Of a stretch of 58,938 nt of DNA, positions 17,921 to 28,051 are shown one piece after another; positions within the stretch are counted from its first letter, which is position 1; each line of letters starts with the position of its first letter. A program made the translations under genes and the position numbers. The stretch spans positions 1 to 58,938 of the forward strand of contig JBAXJQ010000004.1 in the NCBI GenBank assembly GCA_037137775.1, given 5' to 3'. Under the pieces are notes generated by a model. That model saw nothing but the letters and a program-made list of their open reading frames with translations. It did no database searches and had not been told where the DNA came from. Origin of the DNA: Candidatus Falkowbacteria bacterium (GTDB taxonomy: Bacteria; Patescibacteriota; Patescibacteriia; Patescibacteriales; GWE2-39-37).

Positions 17921-19108
17921 ATGGCGGAAAAATTCGAACGAACAAAGCCCCATGTCAACATTGGCACAATCGGCCACGTTGACCACGGCAAAACCACATT
18001 AACTGCAGGCATCCTTCAGGTCTTGGCCTCACGAGGATTTACTGCTTCTAATCGCTCAGTTGATCAAATCGACTCAGCTCCAGAAGAAAAAGCTCGCGGT
18101 ATTACCATTGCTACAGCTCACGTTGAATATGAAACTGAAAAGCGTCATTATGCACACGTTGACTGTCCTGGTCATGCTGATTATGTGAAGAACATGATCA
18201 CTGGTGCTGCTCAGATGGACGGCGCTATTTTGGTAGTAGCTGCAACTGACGGTCCTATGCCTCAGACTCGTGAGCACATCTTGCTTGCTCGTCAAGTTGG
18301 CGTGCCTTACATCGTAGTCTTTTTGAACAAGTGTGATATGGTTGAAGATAAGGAATTAATCGACTTGGTTGAGGAAGAAGTACGTGATTTATTAAAGAAG
18401 TATGAATTCCCAGGCGATGTTACTCCTATTATTCGCGGTTCTGCTTTGCAGGCCTTGAATAACCCAACAGGTGAATATGGCGACGCTGTTATGGAATTAA
18501 TGAAGGCAGTTGATGAATATATTCCAGAGCCAGTTCGCGATACTGATAAGCCTTTCTTGATGCCGATTGAAGACATCTTCTCGATTGAAGGTCGTGGCAC
18601 AGTGTGTACCGGCAGAATTGAACGCGGTATTATCAAAGTCAATGAAGAAATCGAAATCGTCGGTTTAGGCGATACTCGCAAGACCGTCGTTACCGGTATC
18701 GAAATGTTTAACAAGTCTCTTGATCAGGGTATGGCTGGCGACAATGCTGGTTTGCTCTTGCGCGGTGTTAAGAAGGACGAAGTCGAGCGCGGCCAAGTTA
18801 TGGCTAAGCCAGGCACCGTTACTCCTCACTCCGAATTCGAGGCTGAAATTTATATTTTGACCAAGGAAGAAGGTGGACGTCACAAGCCATTTTTCAAGGG
18901 CTATAAGCCACAGTTTTATATTCGTACTACCGATGTAACCGGTGAAGTCGAGTTGCCCGCTGGCAGCGAGATGGTTATGCCTGGCGATACGGTGAATTTA
19001 GTTGTTAAATTATTGACTCCAGTTGCTTTGGAAGAAAAGCAGCGCTTCGCCATTCGCGAAGGCGGCCGCACTATTGGTGCTGGCGTTGTAGTCAAAATTC
19101 TTAAATAG
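17921..19108 (+). CDS. tuf: Elongation factor Tu
   Basis: [31 protein letters not shown]. Confidence 0.99.
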   Translation: MAEKFERTKPHVNIGTIGHVDHGKTTLTAGILQVLASRGFTASNRSVDQIDSAPEEKARGITIATAHVEYETEKRHYAHVDCPGHADYVKNMITGAAQMDGAILVVAATDGPMPQTREHILLARQVGVPYIVVFLNKCDMVEDKELIDLVEEEVRDLLKKYEFPGDVTPIIRGSALQALNNPTGEYGDAVMELMKAVDEYIPEPVRDTDKPFLMPIEDIFSIEGRGTVCTGRIERGIIKVNEEIEIVGLGDTRKTVVTGIEMFNKSLDQGMAGDNAGLLLRGVKKDEVERGQVMAKPGTVTPHSEFEAEIYILTKEEGGRHKPFFKGYKPQFYIRTTDVTGEVELPAGSEMVMPGDTVNLVVKLLTPVALEEKQRFAIREGGRTIGAGVVVKILK

Positions 19109-19117
19109 CAGATCCTG

Positions 19118-19141
19118 CCCTCACCAAAATTTTGGTGAGGG
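19118..19141. repeat. Perfect 24-bp palindrome after tuf
   Basis: CCCTCACCAAAA/TTTTGGTGAGGG with no U-tract. Confidence 0.8.
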
Positions 19142-19194
19142 TTGATCGGTTATGTAAGATAACCAAATGCACTTAACAAACGTTACGATTTATT

Positions 19195-19557
19195 ATGTCT
19201 GAAGCCAAAGAGACAGCGACACACAAAAAGAGTGGCGACAAGAAAGAGGAATTTTCACAACGCATCCGCATCAAGATTAAGGCGTTCGATCACAAGATCA
19301 TTGATCAATCGACACGCACCATTATTGATACTGCGGTAAGAAGCGGTGCTAAAGTTTTTGGTCCGATTCCATTGCCAACTGAAAAAAAGAAGTACACAGT
19401 TAACCGTTCTACCTTCGTGCACAAAGATGCCCGCGACCAGTTCGAGATGCGTATTCATAAGCGCGTGGTAGATATTGTCGAGCCATCAGCTCAAACCATT
19501 GAGGCCTTGTCCAGTTTGAGTTTGCCTTCCGGTGTCGATGTCGAGATTAAAATGTAA
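19195..19557 (+). CDS. rpsJ: 30S ribosomal protein uS10
   Basis: [27 protein letters not shown]. Confidence 0.98.
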   Translation: MSEAKETATHKKSGDKKEEFSQRIRIKIKAFDHKIIDQSTRTIIDTAVRSGAKVFGPIPLPTEKKKYTVNRSTFVHKDARDQFEMRIHKRVVDIVEPSAQTIEALSSLSLPSGVDVEIKM

Positions 19558-19560
19558 AAT

Positions 19561-19842
19561 CTTTTAGCGGTTGTTCTTTATTGCTCCTGCGGAGACTATA
19601 AAGAACCGATGACTCACACGTCATCGAGCCCCTTGCATTAATTTGCATAACCGTGTAAACTATAAAAGTCATTTAAGCCCGATTGTGGATTACTTCCGTT
19701 TTTAGCGGAAAAGGGTCTAATATTAGTGCTTAATTGGAAGAAAGGATTAACGTTCAACACACAAAAAACTTAGCATTCGCAAACAAAAAGCAATTTTTGA
19801 TTGTTATGGGCTGGTTTGTTGAACAAATCAGTTTTTCTTTTT
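19561..19842 (+). ncRNA. Putative structured cis-regulatory RNA between rpsJ and rplC
   Basis: Four-way junction at 19567-19654 plus terminator-like hairpin 19810-19832 with U-tract. 316-nt gap without a long ORF. Confidence 0.5.
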
Positions 19843-19873
19843 GTAAAAAATAGGATGTATTTAGGATAATATT

Positions 19874-20644
19874 ATGAAATTTGCCTTAGCCAAAAAAATT
19901 GAAATGACCGAGGTCTGGCGCAACGAAATCGTAGTGCCAGTTACTAAAGTCAAAGTCGAACCAGGCACGGTTGTGCAGGTGAAAAATCAAACCAAGGATG
20001 GCTATACTGCAGTTGTGGTTGGTTTTGGTTTAAGAAAGCCAAAAAATATTAACAAGCCACAATTGGGGCAGATGAAGGATTTAGGAAATTTTCGTTATTT
20101 AAAAGAGTTCCGCTATAAATTGGATCGAAATCAGGCTGAAAAGGCTGAATTTGAACAATTGACTCGGGGCGGTAAAATAGATTTAACTACGTTTGAAACT
20201 GGTGATGAAGTAAGTGTTACTGGTACCAGCAAAGGACGCGGTTTTCAGGGTGTTGTTAAGCGACATCGTTTTCACGGTCAAAATCGTACCCATGGCAACA
20301 AGGATCAGTCTCGTATGCCTGGCTCAGTTGGCGCCGGTGAACCGCAGCATGTTTTTAAGGGTACACGCATGGGCGGGCGTATGGGTGGCAAGAGTGCAAC
20401 CGTTAGCAATTTAGAGATAGTTGAAATTGATGCTACCGATCAAACCATGCTTATCAAAGGTGCGTTGCCTGGGTGTCGCAATAGTGTATTATATATTTGT
20501 GGTCGGGGTGCATTATCACTGGCTTCGGCTGAAATTATCGAGCCAGAAGTCGAAGAGGTAGTTGAAACCACTGAAACCGAACCAACCGAAGAAGTAAGCG
20601 CTGAAACTACCGAGACTCCAGCGACTAACGTAGAAAGTAAATAA
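19874..20644 (+). CDS. rplC: 50S ribosomal protein uL3 (acidic C-terminal extension)
   Basis: GTSKGRGFQGVVKRH, VFKGTRMGGRMG. Confidence 0.98.
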   Translation: MKFALAKKIEMTEVWRNEIVVPVTKVKVEPGTVVQVKNQTKDGYTAVVVGFGLRKPKNINKPQLGQMKDLGNFRYLKEFRYKLDRNQAEKAEFEQLTRGGKIDLTTFETGDEVSVTGTSKGRGFQGVVKRHRFHGQNRTHGNKDQSRMPGSVGAGEPQHVFKGTRMGGRMGGKSATVSNLEIVEIDATDQTMLIKGALPGCRNSVLYICGRGALSLASAEIIEPEVEEVVETTETEPTEEVSAETTETPATNVESK

Positions 20645-20664
20645 ATATTCAAGCAATTGAACAT

Positions 20665-21318
20665 ATGGCCAAAGTTACGCTTTACAATCAGCAAGCAGAA
20701 AATGTCGGAGAGGTTACCGTTTCTGACAAGATTTTCAATTTGAAAGTCAATGAAGGCTTGGTTCATCAAGCAATGGTTACCCAGCTCGCTAACCAACGAC
20801 AGGTTTTGGCACACACCAAAATCCGCTCCGAAGTTCGCGGTGGTGGTAAAAAGCCATGGAAGCAAAAAGGTACTGGCCGCGCACGTTCCGGTTCAACTCG
20901 ATCACCGATTTGGATTGGTGGTGGTGTAACTTTTGGTCCATTAAAGGAGCGTAACTTCAGCAAGAAGATTAATAAGAAGATGAAACAGCAAGCAATTTTT
21001 ATGTCATTAGCTGATAAGCTTACCCAGAAGCAATTAGTGGTTGTAGACAATTTAGCTGTTACTGAATATAAGACCAAGTCAGTTGCCGGCATTATGCGCG
21101 GCTTTGAAAGTAAAGTATTAGAGTTGCCCGCTAAAACAAAACGGAGCTGGGTGGTGATTGTTGATCAGAAAGAACCGTTTGTTATGACCTCGGGTCGCAA
21201 CCTGGTTGGGGTAGAGATGATCACCTTAGATAATATCAATCTTGTTTCATTACTTTCCGCTCGTAGTATATTGATTACCAAAGATGCGGTTACTAAACTT
21301 GAAACCAGACTAAAGTAA
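20665..21318 (+). CDS. rplD: 50S ribosomal protein uL4
   Basis: RSEVRGGGKKPWKQKGTGRAR. Confidence 0.98.
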   Translation: MAKVTLYNQQAENVGEVTVSDKIFNLKVNEGLVHQAMVTQLANQRQVLAHTKIRSEVRGGGKKPWKQKGTGRARSGSTRSPIWIGGGVTFGPLKERNFSKKINKKMKQQAIFMSLADKLTQKQLVVVDNLAVTEYKTKSVAGIMRGFESKVLELPAKTKRSWVVIVDQKEPFVMTSGRNLVGVEMITLDNINLVSLLSARSILITKDAVTKLETRLK

Positions 21319-21322
21319 TCCT

Positions 21323-21730
21323 ATGGCAATTGTAAATAAAACAACGAAGACCGACGAAGCCACTACCCAGACAGCGAGCATGAAAGATTTATATGCTGGC
21401 AGTACGGCTACCGCCAAAACAGATAAACCAGCAGCAACAAAATATTCCCGCGCTTACCGTGTTTTGCTTAAGCCATTGGTTACCGAAAAGGCAAGTGTTA
21501 TCGGGGCTATAAATCAATACGTTTTTTCCGTTGCTATAGATACGAATAAAATCGAAGTTGGCAAAGCAGTTGAAGCCGTGTATGGCGTACGACCTGTCAG
21601 CGTCAACATGATTCGCATGCAAGGTAAAGCCGTCCGCTATGGCCGCACCAAGGGCAGACGCAAGGCGTGGAAAAAAGCGATTGTTACCTTGCCTGAAGGC
21701 AAGACAATTCAAGTTTACGAAGGCGTTTAA
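21323..21730 (+). CDS. rplW: 50S ribosomal protein uL23 (N-terminal extension)
   Basis: KPLVTEKA, WKKAIVTL. Confidence 0.97.
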   Translation: MAIVNKTTKTDEATTQTASMKDLYAGSTATAKTDKPAATKYSRAYRVLLKPLVTEKASVIGAINQYVFSVAIDTNKIEVGKAVEAVYGVRPVSVNMIRMQGKAVRYGRTKGRRKAWKKAIVTLPEGKTIQVYEGV

Positions 21731-21742
21731 CATCAGTTTTAT

Positions 21743-22585
21743 ATGGGTATCATAAAAGTCAAACCAACAATAAACAGCCGGCGTAGCGTCAGCTACTCCG
21801 ATTTCGCTGAAATAACCAAGACTACGCCAGAAAAGCGGTTGATTATTGCTAAACGTCGTAAAGGCGGACGCAACAATCAAGGTAAAATTACCGTTCGTCA
21901 TAAAGGCGGCGGAGCAAAACGCGCTATCCGTATTGTTGATTATAAAAGAGATAAGTATGAGGTCCCAGGTAAAGTAGCAGCGATTGAATACGATCCAAAT
22001 CGTGGCGCTCGCTTGGCACTGATTTTTTATACAGATGGTGAGAAACGATATATTATTGCGCCAGTTGAATTGAATGTCGGCGCCACCATTGTTAGTTCAA
22101 AAGAACAGATCGAAATTTTACCAGGCAACGCTATGCCGGTTAAATTTATTCCAGCAGGTGTGATGATTTACAATATCGAATTACAGCCAGGCCAGGGCGG
22201 CAAAATCGCTCGCGGTGCCGGCACCGGCGTTCGCGTCATGGGTGTTGAAGGCAAATTCGCGCAAATCAAAATGCCATCCGGAGAAATTCGTCTGATTAAG
22301 AAAGAATGCTTGTGCTCAATCGGCCAAGTGAGCAATCCAGACAAGAGCAATGTTTCTTTGGGCAATGCTGGTCGGAGTCGCCATTTGGGCATCCGTCCAA
22401 CCGTTCGCGGTACAGCCATGAATCCAAACGATCATCCTCATGGTGGTGGTGAAGGTAATCAGCCAATCGGTTTACGATATCCAAAAACCAAGTGGGGCAA
22501 ACATGCCTTGGGTGTAAAAACTCGACGCACCAAGAAAGCATCCACTAAACTGATTGTCCAACGTCGTAAAAAGAAAAGCCGTTAA
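21743..22585 (+). CDS. rplB: 50S ribosomal protein uL2
   Basis: GRNNQGKIT, EYDPNR, RGTAMNPNDHPHGGGEG. Confidence 0.99.
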   Translation: MGIIKVKPTINSRRSVSYSDFAEITKTTPEKRLIIAKRRKGGRNNQGKITVRHKGGGAKRAIRIVDYKRDKYEVPGKVAAIEYDPNRGARLALIFYTDGEKRYIIAPVELNVGATIVSSKEQIEILPGNAMPVKFIPAGVMIYNIELQPGQGGKIARGAGTGVRVMGVEGKFAQIKMPSGEIRLIKKECLCSIGQVSNPDKSNVSLGNAGRSRHLGIRPTVRGTAMNPNDHPHGGGEGNQPIGLRYPKTKWGKHALGVKTRRTKKASTKLIVQRRKKKSR

Positions 22586-22609
22586 TTTTTATAGCAAGCG
22601 AATAAACCT

Positions 22610-22903
22610 ATGTCACGAAGTTTAAAAAAAGGACCATATATCAACGAGCGTTTAGTTAAGAAAGTAATGGCGCTCAACCCGAATGATAAGACAATTATCA
22701 AGGTTTGGGATAGGGCTGCTACAATTACCCCGGAAATGGTCAGTTTCACCTTTGGTGTTCATAACGGACGTCAGCACACCCCTGTTTATGTGGTTGAAAA
22801 TATGGTTGGACATAAGTTGGGTGAATTTTCACCAACTCGCAAATTTGTTAGCCATGGTGGTAAGATTGCCAAAGAGCAAGCCAAGGCTAAGGCCAAAAAA
22901 TAA
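22610..22903 (+). CDS. rpsS: 30S ribosomal protein uS19
   Basis: [21 protein letters not shown]. Confidence 0.99.
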   Translation: MSRSLKKGPYINERLVKKVMALNPNDKTIIKVWDRAATITPEMVSFTFGVHNGRQHTPVYVVENMVGHKLGEFSPTRKFVSHGGKIAKEQAKAKAKK

Positions 22904-22913
22904 TTAGAATTAT

Positions 22914-23492
22914 ATGGAAATATCAGCAAAAGCCAGTAATATCAGAATGTCATCGAAAAAGGTACGCTTAATTGCGGACTTGGTTCGAGGCAAACAATTG
23001 GCAGTAGCATTTGATCAGTTAAATTTCAGTAAAAAATCAGCTGCTCGACCAGTCTACAAGCTGTTGTTTTCCGCCAAGGCAAATGCCGAGCATAATTTTA
23101 ATTTGCAAGCTGATAATTTATTGGTAAAATCAATTCAGGTAAATGAAGCGCCACGATTAAAGCGTTGGATGCCAAAAGCACATGGCCGGGCTACCTCCTT
23201 ACACAAACATGGCAGCCACATTTTAGTTACTCTTGCAGAAATTAAAGATACGGGCGAGCACAAGGCTCGTGCAGAAAAAGCAGATGCACCAGTTAAATTA
23301 AATCAGAAACCAGTTGTTGATGAAGGTGTTAAGGTGGCAAAGAAAGACGAAAAAGCAGTTGCTGGTGAAACCGAATTGGACAAGGGAGCTAAGACCAATG
23401 ACCCAAGATATACTGGCCGCAGTGGCCATGCCAAAGTTGAAGGCAGTACCAAGGGTTTTGTGGGTAAGATGTTTCAGCGCAAGAGCGGCTAA
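22914..23492 (+). CDS. rplV: 50S ribosomal protein uL22 (long C-terminal extension)
   Basis: KVRLIADLVRG, SAKANAEHN, LKRWMPKAHGRA. Confidence 0.97.
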   Translation: MEISAKASNIRMSSKKVRLIADLVRGKQLAVAFDQLNFSKKSAARPVYKLLFSAKANAEHNFNLQADNLLVKSIQVNEAPRLKRWMPKAHGRATSLHKHGSHILVTLAEIKDTGEHKARAEKADAPVKLNQKPVVDEGVKVAKKDEKAVAGETELDKGAKTNDPRYTGRSGHAKVEGSTKGFVGKMFQRKSG

Positions 23493-23520
23493 TATTTTCG
23501 AGAATAACTAATACGATACT

Positions 23521-24213
23521 ATGGGACAAAAAGTCAATCCAAAAATTTTCCGCATCGGCATAACCAGAACGTGGGATTCGAAGTGGTTTGCAACCGGCAT
23601 GACCTATGTACGGAATCTTGAACAGGATACCAAAGTGCGTAAGCATTTGGTCAAAGAATTGAAAGAGGCCGGCGTTGATCGCGTTGAGATAGAACGTAAT
23701 AATAAGAAAATTATTATTAATATTTTTACCGGCAAGCCAGGTTTGATTATCGGTCGCGGTGGTTCTGGCGCAGAAGATTTGAAAAAGAAATTACATCGGC
23801 TATATTTGAAGAACTATAAAATTGGCGATATTACCTTAAGTATAACTGAATTTGATCGACCAAATTTAAGCGCACAGATTGTAGCTCAGTCGATGATTTT
23901 AGAAATTGAAAAGCGTATGCCTTTCCGACGTGTGATGAAACAGGCAATCAACCGAGTCGAACGAGCTGGCGCGCTAGGAGTTAAAGTTGCAATCAAGGGT
24001 CGTTTAAACGGCGCAGAAATTGCTCGCGGTGAGGTATTAACTTCTGGCAAGATTCCACTTCATACCATGCGTGCTGATATAGATTATTCACGTGGAGTGG
24101 CTCGCACCACCTACGGAGCCATCGGCATTAAGGTTTGGATTTATAAGGGCGAAATATTTGAAGCAGCATCCGCTGCCAAAGGCGGAATTTTAAAAGCCCA
24201 CCCTAAAAAATAG
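23521..24213 (+). CDS. rpsC: 30S ribosomal protein uS3
   Basis: MGQKVNP, GRLNGAEIAR, PLHTMRADIDY. Confidence 0.99.
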   Translation: MGQKVNPKIFRIGITRTWDSKWFATGMTYVRNLEQDTKVRKHLVKELKEAGVDRVEIERNNKKIIINIFTGKPGLIIGRGGSGAEDLKKKLHRLYLKNYKIGDITLSITEFDRPNLSAQIVAQSMILEIEKRMPFRRVMKQAINRVERAGALGVKVAIKGRLNGAEIARGEVLTSGKIPLHTMRADIDYSRGVARTTYGAIGIKVWIYKGEIFEAASAAKGGILKAHPKK

Positions 24214-24231
24214 TAAAACAGTACACGAGAT

Positions 24232-24639
24232 ATGTTAATGCCAAAGAAAACTAAATGGCGCAAATCGCATAAGGGCAGTCGGGGTGGCAAAGCCACACGT
24301 ATGATTGCCGTCAGTTTCGGTGAATACGGTTTGCAGAGTTTGGAAAATTGCTGGGTAACCGCCCGTCAGATTGAAGCTACTCGTCGCGTATTAACCAGAT
24401 ATTTACGCAAGACCGGTAAATTATGGATTCGCGTATTTCCACATAAGCCTGTTACCCAAAAAAGTGGTGAAGTACCAATGGGTAAAGGTAAGGGTTCGGT
24501 TGATCATTACGTTGCAGTAGTTAAGCCTGGCATGATCTTGTTTGAAATGGAAGGTATCCCTATTGAGGTCGCTCGTGAAGCAATTGTCTTAGCTGGACAT
24601 AAATTGCCAATCAAAACTAAATTTGTAACCAAACAGTAG
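24232..24639 (+). CDS. rplP: 50S ribosomal protein uL16
   Basis: MLMPKKTKWRK, WIRVFPHKP, MGKGKG. Confidence 0.99.
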   Translation: MLMPKKTKWRKSHKGSRGGKATRMIAVSFGEYGLQSLENCWVTARQIEATRRVLTRYLRKTGKLWIRVFPHKPVTQKSGEVPMGKGKGSVDHYVAVVKPGMILFEMEGIPIEVAREAIVLAGHKLPIKTKFVTKQ

Positions 24640-24643
24640 TCAT

Positions 24644-24859
24644 ATGGAATGGAAAGAAATAACAACTAAATCGACTTCTGACTTGCATCGCCTTTTGGCT
24701 GAGACCAGAGATCATCTACGCGATTTGCGTTTTAAAGACGCAGCCAAGCAGTTGAAATCCGTCCGACAGATTCGCGACACGAAAAAAACGATCGCTCAGA
24801 TTTTAACCAAGCTTCATGTGATCAATACGACCGAAGCGCCAGTTGAAAAACAACAATAA
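24644..24859 (+). CDS. rpmC: 50S ribosomal protein uL29
   Basis: LRDLRF...IRDTKKTIAQILT, plus operon position. Confidence 0.93.
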   Translation: MEWKEITTKSTSDLHRLLAETRDHLRDLRFKDAAKQLKSVRQIRDTKKTIAQILTKLHVINTTEAPVEKQQ

Positions 24860-24868
24860 TATTATTTT

Positions 24869-25135
24869 ATGAAGAAGCAAGCAACCACAACTGAGACAGT
24901 TAAACCAGCCGTTATCCAACGCACCTTTACCGGTGTGGTAACGAGCAGCAAGATGGATAAGACCATTGTGGTTAAAGTTGACCGTATTGCTATCCATCCA
25001 AAATATCAGAAACGGTACACGGTTTCACAAAAATACAAAGTCCACGATGAACAAAATAAATATAAAGAAGGCGCTCAGGTGAATTTCGTCGAATGTCGTC
25101 CATTGTCACGGGACAAGCGCTGGAGAGTTTTATAA
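24869..25135 (+). CDS. rpsQ: 30S ribosomal protein uS17
   Basis: [31 protein letters not shown]. Confidence 0.98.
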   Translation: MKKQATTTETVKPAVIQRTFTGVVTSSKMDKTIVVKVDRIAIHPKYQKRYTVSQKYKVHDEQNKYKEGAQVNFVECRPLSRDKRWRVL

Positions 25136-25154
25136 GCTAACATCACGTAATTAT

Positions 25155-25526
25155 ATGATACAGGCAGGAACAAGATTAAAAGTAGCCGATAACAGCGGCG
25201 CCAAACGGGTGCAATGCATTAAGGTGCTTGGTGCAACCAAAAAACGCTATGCTCGCATTGGCGAAATTATTACGGTAGCCGTTAAAGAAGCTGCGCCTCA
25301 TATGCCGATCAAAAAAGGTGATGTTGCTCAGGCAGTAATTGTCCGTGTTGCCAAAGAAATTCGTCGCAAGGACGGTAGTTATCTTCGCTTTGATGAAAAT
25401 GCTTGTGTGATTATTGATAAGACCAAGCACGAACCGAAAGCCTCACGTGTTTTCGGACCAATCGCTCGTGAAGTGCGTCGCGCTGGTTTTGCCAAGATTG
25501 CCTCGCTTGCACCTGAAGTGCTTTAG
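25155..25526 (+). CDS. rplN: 50S ribosomal protein uL14
   Basis: [21 protein letters not shown]. Confidence 0.99.
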   Translation: MIQAGTRLKVADNSGAKRVQCIKVLGATKKRYARIGEIITVAVKEAAPHMPIKKGDVAQAVIVRVAKEIRRKDGSYLRFDENACVIIDKTKHEPKASRVFGPIAREVRRAGFAKIASLAPEVL

Positions 25527-25547
25527 TTTTAATAAATTGGGAAGTAT

Positions 25548-25874
25548 ATGAATATTAAGAAAAACGACCAAATCATGATCATTGCCGGTAAAGACAAAGG
25601 CAAGGCAGGCAAAGTATTGCAAGTCTTTCCTAAGGAAAGCCGTGCGAGCATCGAAGGATTAAATCTTTTGGTCAAACATTTGCGTCCACGTCGTGAAGGA
25701 GAGAAGGGACAACGAATTGAATTTCCCGCTCCGCTTAATCTTTCCAATCTAATGCTTGTTTGTCCTAAATGTGGTCGCGCCAGTCGAACCGGACAAAAAA
25801 TTCAAGAAACCGCTGGCGGCAAAAAGCAATCCAAAGTTCGTTTTTGTAAAAAATGTAAGCAAGTAATCGACTAA
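25548..25874 (+). CDS. rplX: 50S ribosomal protein uL24
   Basis: IAGKDKGKAGKV. Carries CPKC...CKKC. Confidence 0.97.
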   Translation: MNIKKNDQIMIIAGKDKGKAGKVLQVFPKESRASIEGLNLLVKHLRPRREGEKGQRIEFPAPLNLSNLMLVCPKCGRASRTGQKIQETAGGKKQSKVRFCKKCKQVID

Positions 25875-25878
25875 TTCT

Positions 25879-26427
25879 ATGCCTCGACTTCACGAAAAAT
25901 ATAAAACAGAAATAGTGCCGAAGTTGAAAGAACAGCTGGGCATTACCAATACCTTAGCTACGCCACGTATGCTTAAAGTGGTTTTGAATGTTGGTGTTGG
26001 TCGTCATACGAAAGAACAAGCCTTTGTAGATAATGTAGAAAAGACCTTAACCAAGATTACCGGTCAGCGCCCAGTTAAGACCAAGGCAAAAAAATCCATC
26101 GCTTCGTTTAAAGTTCGAGAAGGTCAGATTATTGGAGTGAAGGTTACCCTACGCGGCAAACGGATGTATGATTTTATTGAAAAACTGGTTACCATATCTT
26201 TTCCTCGCATTCGCGACTTTCGCGGCATCTCCTCGAAGTTGGTCGATAAGCAGGGAAATATGACAATCGGCTTTAAAGAACATATTGCCTTTCCTGAAAT
26301 CAAAGTTGATGAGATTGACAATGTCCACGGGCTAGAAATCTGTTTAGATTCCACCGCCCATGATCGCGAAACTGGTTTGGCACTATTTACCTTACTAGGA
26401 TTTCCGTTTAAGCCGGAAGAAAAATAA
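25879..26427 (+). CDS. rplE: 50S ribosomal protein uL5
   Basis: [25 protein letters not shown]. Confidence 0.99.
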   Translation: MPRLHEKYKTEIVPKLKEQLGITNTLATPRMLKVVLNVGVGRHTKEQAFVDNVEKTLTKITGQRPVKTKAKKSIASFKVREGQIIGVKVTLRGKRMYDFIEKLVTISFPRIRDFRGISSKLVDKQGNMTIGFKEHIAFPEIKVDEIDNVHGLEICLDSTAHDRETGLALFTLLGFPFKPEEK

Positions 26428-26447
26428 TACGTTTAAAAAGTTTATTT

Positions 26448-26633
26448 ATGGCTACTAAAGCACAAATCGCAAAATCGAATCGGCAACCAAAGTACAGCAC
26501 GAGAATCGTCCGCCGCTGTTGGCGTTGTGGTCGGAATCACGGCTATATGCGTGATTTTAATCTCTGCCGCATCTGCTTTCGCGAATTAGCCTCGAGCGGA
26601 GATCTGCCGGGCATAACTAAATCAAGCTGGTAA
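26448..26633 (+). CDS. rpsZ: 30S ribosomal protein uS14, Zn-binding type Z
   Basis: RCWRCGR...LCRICFRE...PGITKSSW. Confidence 0.97.
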   Translation: MATKAQIAKSNRQPKYSTRIVRRCWRCGRNHGYMRDFNLCRICFRELASSGDLPGITKSSW

Positions 26634-26673
26634 AGCCATAAACATTTTTCCATATTTGTTAAGAAGCAATATT

Positions 26674-27087
26674 ATGATCGATCCTATCGCAGACATGCTT
26701 ACTCGAATACGCAACGCTTCAGCCGTCGGCAAGCGCGAGGTGGTTTTGCCTATGAGCAAAATTAAACTCAGCATTGGCCAGATTCTTGAACGTGAGGGCT
26801 GGGTTGGCAAAGTCGAGGTCATTAAAGCAGGCGGTCAAAAAAACCAAGCCTCCCAATTTGATCAGTTGAAAATCGTGTTGAAATATTTACCGGACGGCAA
26901 ACCAGCAATCAGTTTCTTGCAGCGGATCAGCAAGCCAAGCTTGCGCCGCTACGTCGGCAAGGACGAATTGCCTCGTGTGCTCAACAACATGGGCATTGCT
27001 ATTCTAACCACACCAAGAGGGTTGATGACAAATAAAGAGGCCAGAAAGCATGGTTTGGGTGGTGAGGTTATCTGTGAAATTTACTAA
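26674..27087 (+). CDS. rpsH: 30S ribosomal protein uS8
   Basis: MIDPIADMLTRIRNA, RISKPSLRRY, GGEVIC. ATG at 26674. Confidence 0.98.
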   Translation: MIDPIADMLTRIRNASAVGKREVVLPMSKIKLSIGQILEREGWVGKVEVIKAGGQKNQASQFDQLKIVLKYLPDGKPAISFLQRISKPSLRRYVGKDELPRVLNNMGIAILTTPRGLMTNKEARKHGLGGEVICEIY

Positions 27088-27106
27088 GGAACTATAAGCT
27101 ATCCGT

Positions 27107-27652
27107 ATGTCTAGAATCGGAAAATTACCAATTATCTTGCCAGCTGGTACCCAAGTTTCCTTGGATAAGGACATGATTGTTGTTCGTGGTCCGAAGGGCG
27201 AGTTAAGTCAAAAAATTCATCCATATATCACGTTGGCTATATCAGAAAAAGAAGTTGTGATTACGGTAAGTTCCCCTGATATTAAAAAAGAACGAGCAAT
27301 GTGGGGGCTGTATCGTAGCTTAGTTCAGAATATGGTAATCGGTGTAACCGAAGGCTATGAAAAAAAACTGGAAATCAATGGTGTCGGTTATCGCGCTGCC
27401 ATTGTTGGCAATACCTTAACGTTGAATGTTGGGTATTCCCATCCTGTAGTTTTCGATTTGCCTGAGGGCATTACTGGACAGGTTACTGCCAATATCATAA
27501 CCTTGGGTGGTATTAATAAATATATGGTTGGCGAAACTGCCGCCAATATCCGTCGCGTGCGTAAGCCAGAGCCATATAAAGGCAAAGGTATTAAATATAT
27601 TGACGAAGTTATCCGTCGCAAGGCTGGCAAGACTGCCGCTAAATCTAAGTAA
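27107..27652 (+). CDS. rplF: 50S ribosomal protein uL6
   Basis: MSRIGKLPI, GVGYRA, KPEPYKGKGI. Confidence 0.99.
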   Translation: MSRIGKLPIILPAGTQVSLDKDMIVVRGPKGELSQKIHPYITLAISEKEVVITVSSPDIKKERAMWGLYRSLVQNMVIGVTEGYEKKLEINGVGYRAAIVGNTLTLNVGYSHPVVFDLPEGITGQVTANIITLGGINKYMVGETAANIRRVRKPEPYKGKGIKYIDEVIRRKAGKTAAKSK

Positions 27653-27671
27653 TCACCTTTTTTAGAACTAT

Positions 27672-28025
27672 ATGAATAGCGCCAAAGTAAAATTAGCAAA
27701 ACGTGATCGTCGCCGTGCCAAAATCAGGGCCAAGATTCACGGTTCAGCCGAACGGCCTCGTTTGAGTATTTTTCGCTCCAATCGTGGTATGTTTGCTCAA
27801 TTGATTGATGATCAGGCGCATCAAACTTTAGTTAGCGCCCATAGCCGAGAAATTAAAGATGTTACTGGTAAAGTTTCGGTTAGTGGTGCATTAGGCAAGG
27901 TGTTAGCAGAAAAAGCAAAAGCGAAAAACATTACTAAAGCGGTTTTTGATCGAGGTGGATTTAAATATCATGGTCGCGTCCAGGCGTTGGCCGATGGTGC
28001 CCGCGAAGGCGGATTAGATTTTTAA
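27672..28025 (+). CDS. rplR: 50S ribosomal protein uL18
   Basis: RPRLSIFRSN, FDRGGFKYHGRV. Confidence 0.99.
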   Translation: MNSAKVKLAKRDRRRAKIRAKIHGSAERPRLSIFRSNRGMFAQLIDDQAHQTLVSAHSREIKDVTGKVSVSGALGKVLAEKAKAKNITKAVFDRGGFKYHGRVQALADGAREGGLDF

Positions 28026-28051
28026 TACAGTTATTCACATTATTTTAGTAT

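Noticed and set aside
19567..19654. tRNA gene
   Set aside because: Four-way topology, but no TTCRA T-loop, no D-loop GG and wrong arm lengths. No tRNA or rRNA gene was recognised anywhere in the window.
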